A stretch of DNA of 64,000 nucleotides, taken from NCBI GenBank assembly GCA_022821085.1, contig JAJEEG010000003.1, positions 17,563 through 81,562 on the forward strand, in the 5' to 3' direction. Of the stretch, positions 21,718 through 32,180 are shown piece by piece. The translations under genes were made by a program, and so were the position numbers. The notes under the pieces are model-generated. The model searched no databases and was not told where the DNA came from. It saw only the letters and a program-made list of their open reading frames with translations. The stretch's first letter is position 1, and every line of letters starts with the position of its first letter. Source of the DNA: Candidatus Latescibacterota bacterium (GTDB taxonomy: Bacteria > JAAXHH01).

Positions 21718-22893
21718 ATGCCGAAACTACGCAAATCACTGAAAATCCTCGCCGCGGCCGGTTTCCTGCTCTGGCTCGCCGATGGGTTCTTGCTCATGCG
21801 GTCCGAATCTCCTCGTTCCGCGCCGGCCCCGGATCCCGGGCTATCGCCGCGCTATTCGGGCGCCATTCACATCCATTCCACGTACTCCGACGGCGGCGGG
21901 ACGGTCGCGGATATCGTCCGGGCGGGGCAGAACGCGGGACCGGATTTCCTCGTCCTGACCGATCACGATACGATGCAACCCCTGCTCGACGGCCACCAGG
22001 GATACCATGACGGGTTGCTGCTGCTGGTGGGCGAAGAGGTCAATACCAGCGCGGGCCACCTGCTCGCCCTCGGTGTGGGCAGGGATGTGGATCAGGACGG
22101 TCCCCTGGGGCTGCCCGCGCTCGTCGAGGAAATCTCCGAATCGGGTGGCGTGTCCATCGCGGCGCATCCCACGGGCCGGCGTCCCTGGACCGACTGGACC
22201 GTCGAAGATATGGACGGCCTGGAATTGCTCAACGGGAACAGCGAATGGCGCGACGACGGCGTGCTTGAACTGTTGCGGGCCCTCGTGTTCCTGCCGTTCA
22301 TGCCCGACGGGGTATTCAACAGCCTCGTCGACCGTCCCGACGAGGCCATCCGCCTCTGGATGCATCGCGCGAGGCGTCAGCCAGTGACCGTGATCGGCAG
22401 CCTGGACGCCCACGAGCGCATACCGCTCTGGGGCGATCGCCACCTGTCCTTTCCTACCTATGAACGCCTGTTCGGATTGATCCGGACCTACGTGATCACC
22501 GGTACGGAACTGACTGGCGAAGTCGGGGTCGACGAGGAGATCCTGGTGAACGCGATCCACCGCGGCAGTTGCTACGTGGTGCTGGAAGGATACGAGCCGG
22601 CCTACGGTTTTTCCTTCGAGCTTACCATGGGGCCGGAGACTAAGTCCATGGGATCCAGTGTCGCGTTCCAGGACGGCGGACGGTTGCACGTGACCGCGCC
22701 GTCATCGGGCCCGGTGCGCATACGGTTATACAGAAACGGGGTCCCCCTGATCGAGACCGAAGGACATGAACTGTTCGTGGAGGTTCCGGGCCGGGGGGTC
22801 TATCACACCGAGGTCTACCAGCTTCGCAGCACCCTGCTGCGCGGCGAGCGTCAGCGGATCTGGATCATCTCGAACGCGATACGGGTGGAGTAG
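21718..22893 (+). CDS. PHP-domain (CehA/McbA-like) metallohydrolase with N-terminal membrane anchor
   Basis: HIHSTYSDG, TDH, AAHP, SLDAH; hydrophobic N-terminus. Confidence 0.8.
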   Translation: MPKLRKSLKILAAAGFLLWLADGFLLMRSESPRSAPAPDPGLSPRYSGAIHIHSTYSDGGGTVADIVRAGQNAGPDFLVLTDHDTMQPLLDGHQGYHDGLLLLVGEEVNTSAGHLLALGVGRDVDQDGPLGLPALVEEISESGGVSIAAHPTGRRPWTDWTVEDMDGLELLNGNSEWRDDGVLELLRALVFLPFMPDGVFNSLVDRPDEAIRLWMHRARRQPVTVIGSLDAHERIPLWGDRHLSFPTYERLFGLIRTYVITGTELTGEVGVDEEILVNAIHRGSCYVVLEGYEPAYGFSFELTMGPETKSMGSSVAFQDGGRLHVTAPSSGPVRIRLYRNGVPLIETEGHELFVEVPGRGVYHTEVYQLRSTLLRGERQRIWIISNAIRVE

Positions 22894-22899
22894 TCTCAG

Positions 22900-22946
22900 C
22901 CCGGCTCACGCTACCCGTCTCATGCTTCCCGGCTCACGCTTTCCGG
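22900..22946. repeat. 14-bp tandem repeat x3 between convergent genes
   Basis: cccggctcacgcta/cccgtctcatgctt/cccggctcacgctt. Confidence 0.75.
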
Positions 22947-22951
22947 CCCTT

Positions 22952-23959
22952 CTACCGTACCTCCGCCACTTTCCATTCCAAATCCCGTCCGGCATACATG
23001 GGGACTACGTCGCCGTACCGCTCGGGGATGGCCGCTCCGGTCTTCGCGAACACCACGGTTTTTGCGGGCGGATCGACATCGTAGATCCGCTTCGCGTTGT
23101 CCGAGACGAAGGCCTGCAGCCTGTCCAGCGCGCCATGTTCTTCGAAGAGCCCGACGAGCATCTGCAGGGCGATGGGGGCGGTGAAGACCCCCGCGGCGCA
23201 GCCGGCGCACTCCTTTTTGTCGACCGGGTGGGGCGCGGAATCGCTGCCGAAGACGAGTCCGGGGTGGGCGTCGAGGGCCAGCGCGAGGAGGGCGTCGCGG
23301 TCTTCCGGCCGCTTGGCGATGGGCTTGCAGAAGAGGTGGGGGTTGAGCAGGCCGCCCGCCACGTCGTCCAGGGTGATCAGCAGGTGCTGCAGGGTGACGG
23401 TGGCGGACAGGTTCTCGTGGCGGTCCAGCAGCGCGGCGGCCTCCCGGGTCGTGATGTGCTCCATGACGATGTGCAGCCGGGGAAAGCGCCTGGCCAGGTT
23501 TTCGTAGACGGGAAGGAACGCGCGCTCACGGTCCATGACGAAATCCGTCGATTCGCCGTGTACCATCAGCCGGATGCCCAGGTCCTGCATCAGGTCCAGG
23601 GTATCCTCAACGTCGCCAAGGTCGCCGACGCCCTGTTCGCTGTGGGTGGTGACGCCTTCCGGGTACAGCTTGACGCCGATGATACGGTCCTTCATCGAAG
23701 CCAGTTCGCTTTCGGTGTAGGGCCGCATGAACAGGGTCATGTAGGGTTCGAAGGCAAGGGGTTCCACGACCTCCCTGACTTCCCGATCGTATCTGTCCAG
23801 CCGGACCTGGTTGTCCACGGGAGGCACCAGGTTGGGCATGATAACGCCTCCGGCGAAGGTCTCCGCGCTCAGCGGCGCAACGCGCCTCAGCATGGCGCCT
23901 TCGCGGAAGTGGATGTGCATGTCCAGGGGGGAATGCAGGGAAAAGGTGGTGTTCGGCAT
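22952..23959 (-). CDS. pyrC: Dihydroorotase, type II (homodimeric)
   Basis: [39 protein letters not shown]. Confidence 0.94.
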   Translation of the reverse strand: MPNTTFSLHSPLDMHIHFREGAMLRRVAPLSAETFAGGVIMPNLVPPVDNQVRLDRYDREVREVVEPLAFEPYMTLFMRPYTESELASMKDRIIGVKLYPEGVTTHSEQGVGDLGDVEDTLDLMQDLGIRLMVHGESTDFVMDRERAFLPVYENLARRFPRLHIVMEHITTREAAALLDRHENLSATVTLQHLLITLDDVAGGLLNPHLFCKPIAKRPEDRDALLALALDAHPGLVFGSDSAPHPVDKKECAGCAAGVFTAPIALQMLVGLFEEHGALDRLQAFVSDNAKRIYDVDPPAKTVVFAKTGAAIPERYGDVVPMYAGRDLEWKVAEVR

Positions 23960-23996
23960 GGGATGCGTGGGGATTCCGGAGTAACGCCTTCCGCGA

Positions 23997-24053
23997 TTAA
24001 GGACCGGGGTCGTAATCAGGATCCGGGGCCGTACATTAAGGGCCGGGGTCGTA
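23997..24053. repeat. Three diverged copies of the last 18 nt of the ygfZ-like gene, each ending in a stop triplet
   Basis: minus strand tacgaccccggcccttaa / tacggccccggatcctga / tacgaccccggtccttaa. Confidence 0.85.
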
Positions 24054-25130
24054 GAAGGGCAGGTCCGCGATTTCGGCGCGGGCCGGGCCGCCTTCGACCT
24101 CGACTTCAAACGGTCCTCCCGACGCCATGGATCTCCGCCGGACGAATCCCAGCGCGATGATCCCGTCGACCGCTCGTCCGCGGACCGCCGTGGTGATCCA
24201 CCCGGCGTCCTTCCCGTCCTTCCGGATCACGGCATTTCGCGCGGGCAGCGTTTTCCCTTCGATGGCCAGTCCCGACAGCAGGCGGTTGGGACGGCCCCGG
24301 TGTTCCATCATCACGACGGGCTCCTGCCCGATGTAGCAACCCTTGGTGAAACTGACGGCCCGGTCCTTCACCGCCTCGTTGGGAATGATCCGTTCGTCCA
24401 GTTCCACCGCGCAGCGGGGGATGCCCGCTTCCACGCGCAGGACCTCCAGGGTCTCGTATCCGATGGGTACGCAACTGACAACGTCGTCCTCGCCATCTCC
24501 CGCGCCGGCGAGTAACGTCTTCCAGATTTCGTCCGCGCTTTCGGCGGGGACGTAGATATCGTAATCCCGTTCGCCCGTACGATGCGTACGCGCCACGGTC
24601 GCGGGCACGCCGTTCCACTCGATCTCCACGTTTCCGCCGGGTGGCAGCGGTGGCAGGGGGCCGGCCAGGCCCGAGATGCAGTCGTCCGCACGCCTGCCGG
24701 ACACGCCAATCAAACCGTACCGATCGGTGACGTCCGTGATCTCGACGTCGTCCATGAGAGCGTACCTGTCGAGCGTATCCCGGAGTACGTCCGCCATGCC
24801 CGGTTCCACGTCAATGAGCAGGTCTTCCCCGCGGACGTGGACCGTCATGTCCGAGATGATCTTCCCCTGGGGCGTCAGCATGCAGGCATAGACGCCCTCT
24901 CCGGCGCCGAGCTGCTCCACGTCGTTGGTCACCACGCGGTGCAGGAAGCGCTGCCGGTCCGCGCCGGTCATGCGCAGCTTGCCGCGGCCGGAGAGGTCGC
25001 TCATGCCGGCGGCGGTCCGGACCGCGCGGTATTCGGCGGCCGCGTCCCCGTAGTGCAGCACGGCCGGCCGGCCCTGGAAGTCGCCGGCGACCGCGCCGAG
25101 ATCGTCGTGGCTGATGGCCGTTTCAAGCAT
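24036..25130 (-). CDS. YgfZ/GcvT-family folate-binding protein
   Basis: GcvT-like N-terminus, [17 protein letters not shown] signature. Confidence 0.88.
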   Translation of the reverse strand: MLETAISHDDLGAVAGDFQGRPAVLHYGDAAAEYRAVRTAAGMSDLSGRGKLRMTGADRQRFLHRVVTNDVEQLGAGEGVYACMLTPQGKIISDMTVHVRGEDLLIDVEPGMADVLRDTLDRYALMDDVEITDVTDRYGLIGVSGRRADDCISGLAGPLPPLPPGGNVEIEWNGVPATVARTHRTGERDYDIYVPAESADEIWKTLLAGAGDGEDDVVSCVPIGYETLEVLRVEAGIPRCAVELDERIIPNEAVKDRAVSFTKGCYIGQEPVVMMEHRGRPNRLLSGLAIEGKTLPARNAVIRKDGKDAGWITTAVRGRAVDGIIALGFVRRRSMASGGPFEVEVEGGPARAEIADLPFYDPGP

Positions 25131-25258
25131 CTGTAGCACCGGGTGTTCGATATGCGTTATCGAAGCGGGGCGAAATACCTTAAAAAACGCTATGTATCAT
25201 TGCGGGGGCACCCGGCTTCTGTCAATCTATATTTTGGGTGCGGCGGGGGCCTTTTGGG

Positions 25259-25287
25259 TTGACACCGCACGGGGTTTTCGTTATGGT
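25259..25287 (+). promoter_or_regulatory. Putative sigma70 promoter for glyQS
   Basis: TTGACA-17nt-TATGGT. Confidence 0.65.
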
Positions 25288-25364
25288 GAACGCGTTGTTC
25301 GCGGCGTGCCTGAAGCGCCGCGCTGCCTGCCATCTCCCCATTGTTCAAACCGGAAAGGACCGCG

Positions 25365-26963
25365 GTGGCCGCTGTCTCGCTGGAACAACTCGTCTCCCTC
25401 TGCAAGCGCCGCGGAATCATCTACCCGGGCTCGGAAATCTACGGCGGCCTGCAGGGCCTGTACGACTACGGCCCGGTGGGCGTCGAGTTGAAGAACAACA
25501 TCGTGGACTCCTGGTGGCGGCGCAACGTCTATGAGCGGGATGACATGGAGGGGCTCGACAGCGCCATCCTGATGAATCCGCTGACCTGGAAGTATTCGGG
25601 TCACGAGGAGACTTTCGTCGACCCCCTGGTGGACTGCCGCAAGTGCCAGGGTAGGTGGCGCGCCGACCAGATAGGGGACACGTGTCCCGCGTGCGGGTCC
25701 ACGGACCTGACCGAGCCGCGGCCCTTCAACCTGATGTTCAAGACGCAGGTGGGTCCGGTCTCGGAAGAAGGTGCTTTTGCCTACCTGCGCCCTGAGACGG
25801 CCCAGGGCATCTTCGTCAATTTCAACAACGTATTGACCACCACGGCGCGCAAGCTGCCTTTCGGTATCGCCCAGGTGGGCAAGGGGTTCCGCAACGAGAT
25901 CAATCCCCGCAACTTCCTGTTCCGTGTACGTGAGTTCGACATGCTGGAGATCGAGTTCTTCGTCCATCCCGGTACCGAGGACGAATGGCAGGACCGCTGG
26001 CTGGAGGACCGCCTCGCCTGGTGGGAACACATCGGCGTCAGCCGGGACAACATCCAGATCCTTGACGTGCCGGGGGAGGATCTCGCCCATTACTCGAAGA
26101 AGACCTATGACCTCATGTACCGGTATCCCACCCTCGGTTTTGAGGAACTGGAGGGTATCGCGAGCCGGACGGACTTCGACCTGGGCTGCCACACGCGGTA
26201 CCAGGAGCAGTACGACCTCACCGCGCAGGTCGCGGAAAACCCGTCCAGCACGACACGGCTCTCGTATTTCGATCCGCAGGCGAACCGCCACTTGATCCCC
26301 TTCGTGGTCGAGCCGTCGGCGGGGGTCGGCCGGTGCCTGCTGGCCGTGCTCAGCGAAGCCTACGACGAATCCATGGTCAAGGCGCCGCCGGAGGACAAGC
26401 TGGCCGGCGTCAAGGGCGGGCTGGACGCCTTCAACGCGTCGGTCGCGAAGCACAGCAAATTGCCGGACGAAACGCGGGATTCCCTGCTGGCCTTCGGGGA
26501 GGCTATCGCCGGCGATCTGCCCGAAAATATGCCGCGCATCGACGCGCTCCTGGCCATGCCGGGCGCGGAACGGATCAAGGAAGGCAAGACGCTGCGGAAC
26601 CTGTCGCAGAAGGTCATCGGCGACCACTACCGCACGGTATTGCGGCTCAGGCCCCACCTGGCCCCGGTCAAGGTGGCGATCTTCCCGCTGAAGCGGACCG
26701 ACGACCGGCTCGCCTCCGCGGCCCGGGACATCCGCACGTCGCTGCAGTCCGGGGGCAGGATACGCACGGTGTACGACGATACGGGCGCCATAGGCAAGCT
26801 CTACCGGCGCCAGGACGAAATCGGCACGCCGCTCTGCGTCACGGTCGACTTCCAGACCCTCGACGACCAGGCGGTTACGGTCCGCGACCGGGATACCATG
26901 GCACAGGACCGGGTGGCCATCGGTGAATTGGAAGATTACGTAGAAGAAAAGCTGGCATCCTGA
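25365..26963 (+). CDS. glyQS: Glycine--tRNA ligase, alpha2 (Thermus/eukaryote-like) type, with an insertion
   Basis: CKRRG, YDYGP.G, LRPETAQG, FRNEI.PR, EPSAG, IGK.YRRQDE.GTP; GTG start after GAAAGGA. Confidence 0.96.
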   Translation: MAAVSLEQLVSLCKRRGIIYPGSEIYGGLQGLYDYGPVGVELKNNIVDSWWRRNVYERDDMEGLDSAILMNPLTWKYSGHEETFVDPLVDCRKCQGRWRADQIGDTCPACGSTDLTEPRPFNLMFKTQVGPVSEEGAFAYLRPETAQGIFVNFNNVLTTTARKLPFGIAQVGKGFRNEINPRNFLFRVREFDMLEIEFFVHPGTEDEWQDRWLEDRLAWWEHIGVSRDNIQILDVPGEDLAHYSKKTYDLMYRYPTLGFEELEGIASRTDFDLGCHTRYQEQYDLTAQVAENPSSTTRLSYFDPQANRHLIPFVVEPSAGVGRCLLAVLSEAYDESMVKAPPEDKLAGVKGGLDAFNASVAKHSKLPDETRDSLLAFGEAIAGDLPENMPRIDALLAMPGAERIKEGKTLRNLSQKVIGDHYRTVLRLRPHLAPVKVAIFPLKRTDDRLASAARDIRTSLQSGGRIRTVYDDTGAIGKLYRRQDEIGTPLCVTVDFQTLDDQAVTVRDRDTMAQDRVAIGELEDYVEEKLAS

Positions 26964-26970
26964 GACGGAG

Positions 26971-27120
26971 CTGCCCCGGCGGAAAAAGGGTCGACCCGGC
27001 GGAAAAAGGGCCGCCCCGGCGGAAAAAGGGCCGCCCCGGCGGAAAAAGGGTCGACCCGGCGGAAAAAGGGCCGCCCCGGCGGAAAAAGGGCCGCCCCGGC
27101 AGAGAACGTGACCGCCCCGG
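26971..27120. repeat. 20-bp tandem repeat ~6.5 copies with 60-bp higher-order unit
   Basis: ggaaaaaggg alternating with tcgacccggc or ccgccccggc in an A-B-B-A-B-B order. Confidence 0.95.
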
Positions 27121-27149
27121 CGGCGCGAGAGACGGGAAAGGAGCAATAC

Positions 27150-28322
27150 ATGGCACGGAACGTAAACGTGGGCCTGGTAGGTTATTCGTTCATGGGCAAG
27201 GCGCACAGCCACGCCTTCAAGGACATGTCCTTCTTCTTCCCGGACGCGGACGGCGTGCCGATCATGAAGGCCATTTGCGGACGCAACGAGGAGAACGTGA
27301 AAGGCGCGGCCGCCGAGTTCGGCTGGGAAGGGTACGAGACCGACTGGAAGACGCTGATCGCCCGTGACGACATCGATCTCATCGACGTTTCGACACCGGG
27401 CGACAGCCACGCGGAGATCGCCATCGCCGCCGCCGAAGCGGGCAAGCACGTCTTTTGCGAGAAACCGCTGGCCAACAGTCTCGCGGAGGCTCGCGCCATG
27501 GCCGAAGCCGTGAACCGGGCGGGCGTGAAGAGCATGGTGGCCTACAACTATCGGAGGGTGCCCGCCGTCGCGCTGGCGAAGCGGCTCATCGAAGAAGGCC
27601 GGATCGGCCAGGTGTATCACTGGCGCGCCGTTTACCTGCAGGACTGGATCATGGACCCCGACTTCCCCCTGGTGTGGCGGCTGCAGAAGGAGAAGGCCGG
27701 CTCGGGTCCCCACGGCGACCTGAATGCCCACATTATCGACCTGGCCCGGTATCTCATCGGCGAGATCACCGAGGTGACCGGCATGCAGGAGACCTTCATC
27801 AAGGAACGTCCCATCGTGGAGGAGATCGATTCGGCCCTCGGCGCGAGCGCCGGCGGTTCCACGCGGAAGGGACCGGTGACCGTGGACGACACGACCCTGG
27901 CGCTGGCCCGGTTCGAGAACGGCGCCGTGGGTTCCTTCGAGGCCACGCGCTTCGCCGGCGGCAGGCGGAACGGAAACCGGTTCGAGATCAACGGCAGCAA
28001 GGGTTCCATCGCCTTCAACCTGGAGAAGATGAACGAGCTCCAGTACTACAACCGGGAAGACGAGGACCACGTGCAGGGCTTCCGCGAGATCATCGTGACC
28101 GAAGGCGCCCACCCCTACATGGACCGGTGGTGGCCGCCCGGTCACATCATCGGCTGGGAGCACACCTTCATTCACGAGGTGTACGATCTCATGCAGGCCA
28201 TCGCCGGCTCCGACGACAACCTGCATCCGGATTTCGACGAAGGGGTAAGGGACCAGGCCGTGCTGGAAGCCGTTTCGCTGTCGGCGGAGAACGGCAGCTG
28301 GGTCCGGATCGCCGACCTGTAG
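27150..28322 (+). CDS. Gfo/Idh/MocA oxidoreductase (levoglucosan dehydrogenase-like)
   Basis: VGLVGYSFMGKAH, GKHVFCEKP, YNYRR.P, WRL...AGSG..GD...H..D. Confidence 0.9.
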   Translation: MARNVNVGLVGYSFMGKAHSHAFKDMSFFFPDADGVPIMKAICGRNEENVKGAAAEFGWEGYETDWKTLIARDDIDLIDVSTPGDSHAEIAIAAAEAGKHVFCEKPLANSLAEARAMAEAVNRAGVKSMVAYNYRRVPAVALAKRLIEEGRIGQVYHWRAVYLQDWIMDPDFPLVWRLQKEKAGSGPHGDLNAHIIDLARYLIGEITEVTGMQETFIKERPIVEEIDSALGASAGGSTRKGPVTVDDTTLALARFENGAVGSFEATRFAGGRRNGNRFEINGSKGSIAFNLEKMNELQYYNREDEDHVQGFREIIVTEGAHPYMDRWWPPGHIIGWEHTFIHEVYDLMQAIAGSDDNLHPDFDEGVRDQAVLEAVSLSAENGSWVRIADL

Positions 28323-28402
28323 TCCGGCCCGCAGGCCGCAAACCAGTGAACGCGACACCGGCGCGGGGCACCCGCCGTCTACCGGCGTCCTCCGCGCCCT
28401 AC

Positions 28403-28467
28403 ATGCCGGCTGTGAATGCCGACTATGAATGCCGGCTGTGAATGCCGGCTGTGAATGCCGACTATGA
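28403..28467. repeat. 13-bp tandem repeat x5 just upstream of an RBS
   Basis: atgccggctgtga / atgccgactatga variants. Confidence 0.92.
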
Positions 28468-28488
28468 AACTGAAAGGAGCAGTCAATC

Positions 28489-29490
28489 ATGTCTCGTCCC
28501 GTAACGCTTTTTACCGGCCAGTGGGCGGACCTCACCCTCGACACGCTTGCCGGGAAGGCGGCGAGCTGGGGGTTCGACGGTCTCGAGCTGGCCTGCTGGG
28601 GTGACCACTTCGACGTGAATCAGGGCGCCGAAAGCAAGGCGTACTGCGAGGACCGCAGGGCGCTGCTGGACAAGCACGGCCTGCAGGTGTTTTCCATCAG
28701 CAACCATCTCGCCGGCCAGGCGGTCTGCGACCTGATCGATGCCCGCCACGAGGCGATCCTGCCGCCCCATGTCTGGGGGGACGGGGACCCGGAAGGCGTG
28801 CGCCGGCGCGCGGCCGAGGAAATGAAGCAGACCGCCCGGGCCGCCGCGAACATGGGCCTCGACGTGGCCAACGGGTTCACCGGCTCGTCGATCTGGCACC
28901 TGCTCTATTCCTTCCCGCCCGTGGACCCTTCGTCCATAGATGCGGGATATGAGGACTTCGCGGCCCGCTGGAATCCGATCCTGGACGTGTTCGACGAGGT
29001 GGGCGTGAAGTTCGGTCTTGAGGTGCATCCCACGGAGATCGCCTTCGACATCTCCTCGGCGCAGCGGGCGCTGGACGCCCTGGGCAATCGCGAGGCCTTC
29101 GGATTCAACTACGACCCCAGCCACTTCGGCTACCAGGGGGTGGACTACGTCGAGTTCATCCGGACCTTCAAGGACCGCATCTACCACGTGCACATGAAGG
29201 ACGTCTGGTGGTCGGAACGCCCGACCCGGGCCGGCGTCTTCGGCGGACACGTAAACTTCGGCCATTCAGACCGTTTCTGGGATTTCCGGTCCCTCGGCCG
29301 CGGCAGCATCGATTTCGAGGAGATCATCCGCGCGCTGAACGAGATCGGGTACCAGGGTCCCCTCTCCATCGAGTGGGAGGACAGCGGCATGGACCGCGAG
29401 CACGGCGCCGAGGAGGCCTGCGCCTTCACGAAGGGCGTCGACTTTCCGCCGTCCGACGTGGCCTTCGACGCCGCCTTCGCCGAAGAATGA
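28489..29490 (+). CDS. Sugar phosphate isomerase/epimerase (xylose-isomerase-like TIM barrel)
   Basis: [34 protein letters not shown]. Confidence 0.9.
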   Translation: MSRPVTLFTGQWADLTLDTLAGKAASWGFDGLELACWGDHFDVNQGAESKAYCEDRRALLDKHGLQVFSISNHLAGQAVCDLIDARHEAILPPHVWGDGDPEGVRRRAAEEMKQTARAAANMGLDVANGFTGSSIWHLLYSFPPVDPSSIDAGYEDFAARWNPILDVFDEVGVKFGLEVHPTEIAFDISSAQRALDALGNREAFGFNYDPSHFGYQGVDYVEFIRTFKDRIYHVHMKDVWWSERPTRAGVFGGHVNFGHSDRFWDFRSLGRGSIDFEEIIRALNEIGYQGPLSIEWEDSGMDREHGAEEACAFTKGVDFPPSDVAFDAAFAEE

Positions 29491-29521
29491 CCAATCGGCA
29501 CGCGGCGACCGGGAGGGCAGG

Positions 29522-31231
29522 ATGGGAGGACGGAACTACGTCCTGATCTGCGCCGCCGCGCTTGTCGCAGCGGCCTGCGGGTCACCGGACGACGGATCCG
29601 ACGACGGGACGCAGACCTCGCGCGTCAATTCGGTGGGGCGGGAACTGCCGGCAGACGCCGCCCCGCTCAGCGAGCAGTACATCCGGCTGAGCATGCTGGA
29701 ACCGTCCACCCTGGACGTGGGCATCTCCCTCTTCGACGCCCAGTTCAACGCCTTCCTCTTCGAATCCCTGCTGGTCTTCGACGAAGACATGGAGATCAGG
29801 GGCGCGGCCGCCGAGTCCTGGTCCGTGGCGGACGACCACGTGACCTGGACTTTCAGGATCCGAGCGGGCGCGAAGTGGAGCGACGGCCGGCCGGTGACCG
29901 CCCACGACTTCGAATGGTCCTTCCGCCGGTTGCTCGATCCCGCCCACGCCAATATCTTCGCCTACTTCTACTACCCGATCAAGGGCGCCCGGGCTTTCAA
30001 CACGGGCCAGACGAGCGACCCGTCGACCGTCGGCGTCCGGGCCGTGGACGACCGTACGCTGGTGATCGAGACCGAAGAACCGTGTTCGCACTTTCCCTAC
30101 ATCCTCACCTTCTTTACCTCCGTTCCGGCGCCCCGGTGGCAGGTGGAGAAATACGGGATCAGGTGGTCCGAGCCGGAGTACTGCGTATCCAATTCCACCT
30201 GGCGCCTCGCGTCGTGGGACAAGAACGTCCGCATGACCTACGCGCTGAATCCTCATTACAACGGACCGTGGAAGGGATATCTCGAGCGCATCGAGTTCAC
30301 CTTCATCCTGCCGGGCTGGCGGGGACTGCCGGCCTATGAGAACGGCGAGTTCGACCGGATCGGCGTCATGGGTCCCGATTACCATCACGCGCGCATGGAC
30401 CCCGTCCTGAGCCGCGAGTTGATCACCTATCCGAACTTCGGGACGTACTATACGATTTTCAAAACGCGCGAGCCGCCCTTCGACAACATCCGGCTGCGCC
30501 AGGCCCTGGCCCACGCCATCGACCGGGAATCCATCAGCAACGTCGTGCTCGGCGGCGCCGCCACGCCGGCCTACGGCATGCTGCCGAAGGGTTTCCCGGG
30601 GTACCAGGCGGACCGGATCCGCGCATACCAGGCCTTCGATCCGGAACGGGCCCGGGAGCGGCTGGCGCAGGCCGGCTATCCCGGCGGCAAGGGGCTTCCC
30701 CCGCTCGAACTCTGGGTGCGGGGCCAGCCGCCGACGCCCGACGAATGGAACGTGGTCGTCGCTATGCAGCAGATGTTCGAGGATCATCTGGATATCGAGG
30801 TGAACCTGCGGCAGCAGTCCACCAACGCCTTCAACGCCTTCATGCGCGACCACGAGATCCCGTGGGGTTTCCTGTGGTTCAACATGGACTACCCCGACCC
30901 CAGCGACATGATCGCCGTGCCCTGGCGCTCCCAGCCCGCGGGATCGGGCCGGCAGGACTGGATACACGAGGAGTTCGACCGACTGGTGGATGCCGCCGCG
31001 CGGGAATTCAACGAGGAGAAGCGCGTCGCCATGTACCAGGAAGCCGAGGAGATCCTGGCCGAGCAGGCCGCGGGCGTGTTCCTGCACAATATGGTCAACG
31101 CGACCCTGAGCAAGCCGTGGGTCCTGGGTATCGAGGAAAACCGGTACGGCGACCGGCGGTGGAGCGGTTTCGCGCCGGCTTTCTCCACCCTGTATATCGG
31201 TGAAAACGGGCGAGCATCAGGCCGGCGGTAG
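29522..31231 (+). CDS. ABC transporter substrate-binding lipoprotein, family 5 (OppA-like)
   Basis: Lipobox LVAAAC, KWSDG.PVTA.DF, RQAL..AIDR. Confidence 0.92.
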   Translation: MGGRNYVLICAAALVAAACGSPDDGSDDGTQTSRVNSVGRELPADAAPLSEQYIRLSMLEPSTLDVGISLFDAQFNAFLFESLLVFDEDMEIRGAAAESWSVADDHVTWTFRIRAGAKWSDGRPVTAHDFEWSFRRLLDPAHANIFAYFYYPIKGARAFNTGQTSDPSTVGVRAVDDRTLVIETEEPCSHFPYILTFFTSVPAPRWQVEKYGIRWSEPEYCVSNSTWRLASWDKNVRMTYALNPHYNGPWKGYLERIEFTFILPGWRGLPAYENGEFDRIGVMGPDYHHARMDPVLSRELITYPNFGTYYTIFKTREPPFDNIRLRQALAHAIDRESISNVVLGGAATPAYGMLPKGFPGYQADRIRAYQAFDPERARERLAQAGYPGGKGLPPLELWVRGQPPTPDEWNVVVAMQQMFEDHLDIEVNLRQQSTNAFNAFMRDHEIPWGFLWFNMDYPDPSDMIAVPWRSQPAGSGRQDWIHEEFDRLVDAAAREFNEEKRVAMYQEAEEILAEQAAGVFLHNMVNATLSKPWVLGIEENRYGDRRWSGFAPAFSTLYIGENGRASGRR

Positions 31232-31279
31232 GATTCGTGCTTTCGGTAGGGTTCGGGCTGTCGGTAGGGTTCAGCGCTA
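31226..31279. repeat. 18-bp tandem repeat x3 beginning at the SBP stop codon
   Basis: cggTAG at 31226, 31244 and 31262 (in frame). Confidence 0.8.
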
Positions 31280-31288
31280 CGGCACCGA

Positions 31289-32161
31289 TCAGGCAAAGGG
31301 GTCCAGGTCGAATCCCGTTTCCGGCCGGATCCGTTCTGTGCCTTCGGGCCAGTCCGAGGGCCAGTCCCATCCCGGGATCCGCAGGCTTTCCGCGCGAACC
31401 CGGTGCGCCGCGGCCCGCCGGTGCACGCCGTGCGGCGCCGTACTGACCTCGGAACTGTGGAGCATGGTGGGATAGTAGAAGGTGACGCTTCCTTCGCCCG
31501 CCGTGCAGTCGATGGCCTCATGCTCGTGGCTTGCGACATAGGCCTCGGGTCCGCCCTTCAGTTCAAGCGGTCCTTCGAGGTAGGAGCCGGGGAGGACCTT
31601 CATGGCGCCGTTCTCGATGGTCTGAGGGTCCACGTTGATGCGGACGATGATGGTCTTCTGGAAGTAGTCTTCCTTCCATTCGATGTCGGCCGGCCTGATG
31701 TGTATGTGGCCGAACTGGTTCCAGTGGCCGGAAAGATCGATGTCCCGGTCCCGGGGCGGGTCTACGATGAAGAAGGTGTCCTGGTGCCATCCGATCTCCG
31801 CGTCGCCGCCGGCCACCTTGTCGAACATGGTACCGATGCTCGCGTGTTTGACCGGCTCGCCCAGGGCGCGTTCGAGCACGCTGACGATGGCGGGATGCCG
31901 GGAGAACCGGAGTCCGCCTTCGCACACGGCGTAGAGTTCCCACAGCAGCCAGACCGTGTCCTTCGATTTCCCGAGGAGCTTGTCGGTCGGCCGCCCCTTG
32001 TATTCCTCTACGCGGCTCGCCTCCGCGATGGTCCGGTCCAGCAGTCCGCGGAACGTATTCATCTCTTCCGCGGAGAAAACGCCTTCGACGGTTACGATGC
32101 CCTTCGTCTTCAGCACATCTACCGCTTCCTGCAGATCCAGCGCGTTATTACCGTTATTCAT
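31289..32161 (-). CDS. PhyH-family Fe(II)/2-oxoglutarate dioxygenase
   Basis: WHQD, ENGAM..LPGS, distal LHSS and RR. Confidence 0.85.
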   Translation of the reverse strand: MNNGNNALDLQEAVDVLKTKGIVTVEGVFSAEEMNTFRGLLDRTIAEASRVEEYKGRPTDKLLGKSKDTVWLLWELYAVCEGGLRFSRHPAIVSVLERALGEPVKHASIGTMFDKVAGGDAEIGWHQDTFFIVDPPRDRDIDLSGHWNQFGHIHIRPADIEWKEDYFQKTIIVRINVDPQTIENGAMKVLPGSYLEGPLELKGGPEAYVASHEHEAIDCTAGEGSVTFYYPTMLHSSEVSTAPHGVHRRAAAHRVRAESLRIPGWDWPSDWPEGTERIRPETGFDLDPFA

Positions 32162-32180
32162 TAAGTCACTCCCCTGGCGA

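Noticed and set aside
25131-25364. Glycine riboswitch or T-box between the gcvT-like gene and glyQS
   Set aside because: No recognisable consensus, and the glyQS leader is only ~70 nt after the promoter.
26971-27120. Repeat arrays as CRISPR
   Set aside because: Contiguous tandem units with no unique spacers, and no cas genes in the window.
28403-28441. Leader peptide MPAVNADYECRL within the 13-bp repeat
   Set aside because: A by-product of repeat units containing ATG and TGA; no SD and no codon enrichment.
25281-28544. 1087-aa antisense ORF and other long shadow ORFs (e.g. 16128-18251, 35090-37288, 4322-5923, 59248-60879)
   Set aside because: They lie opposite well-supported genes, have no recognisable motifs, and are expected from codon bias in high-GC DNA.
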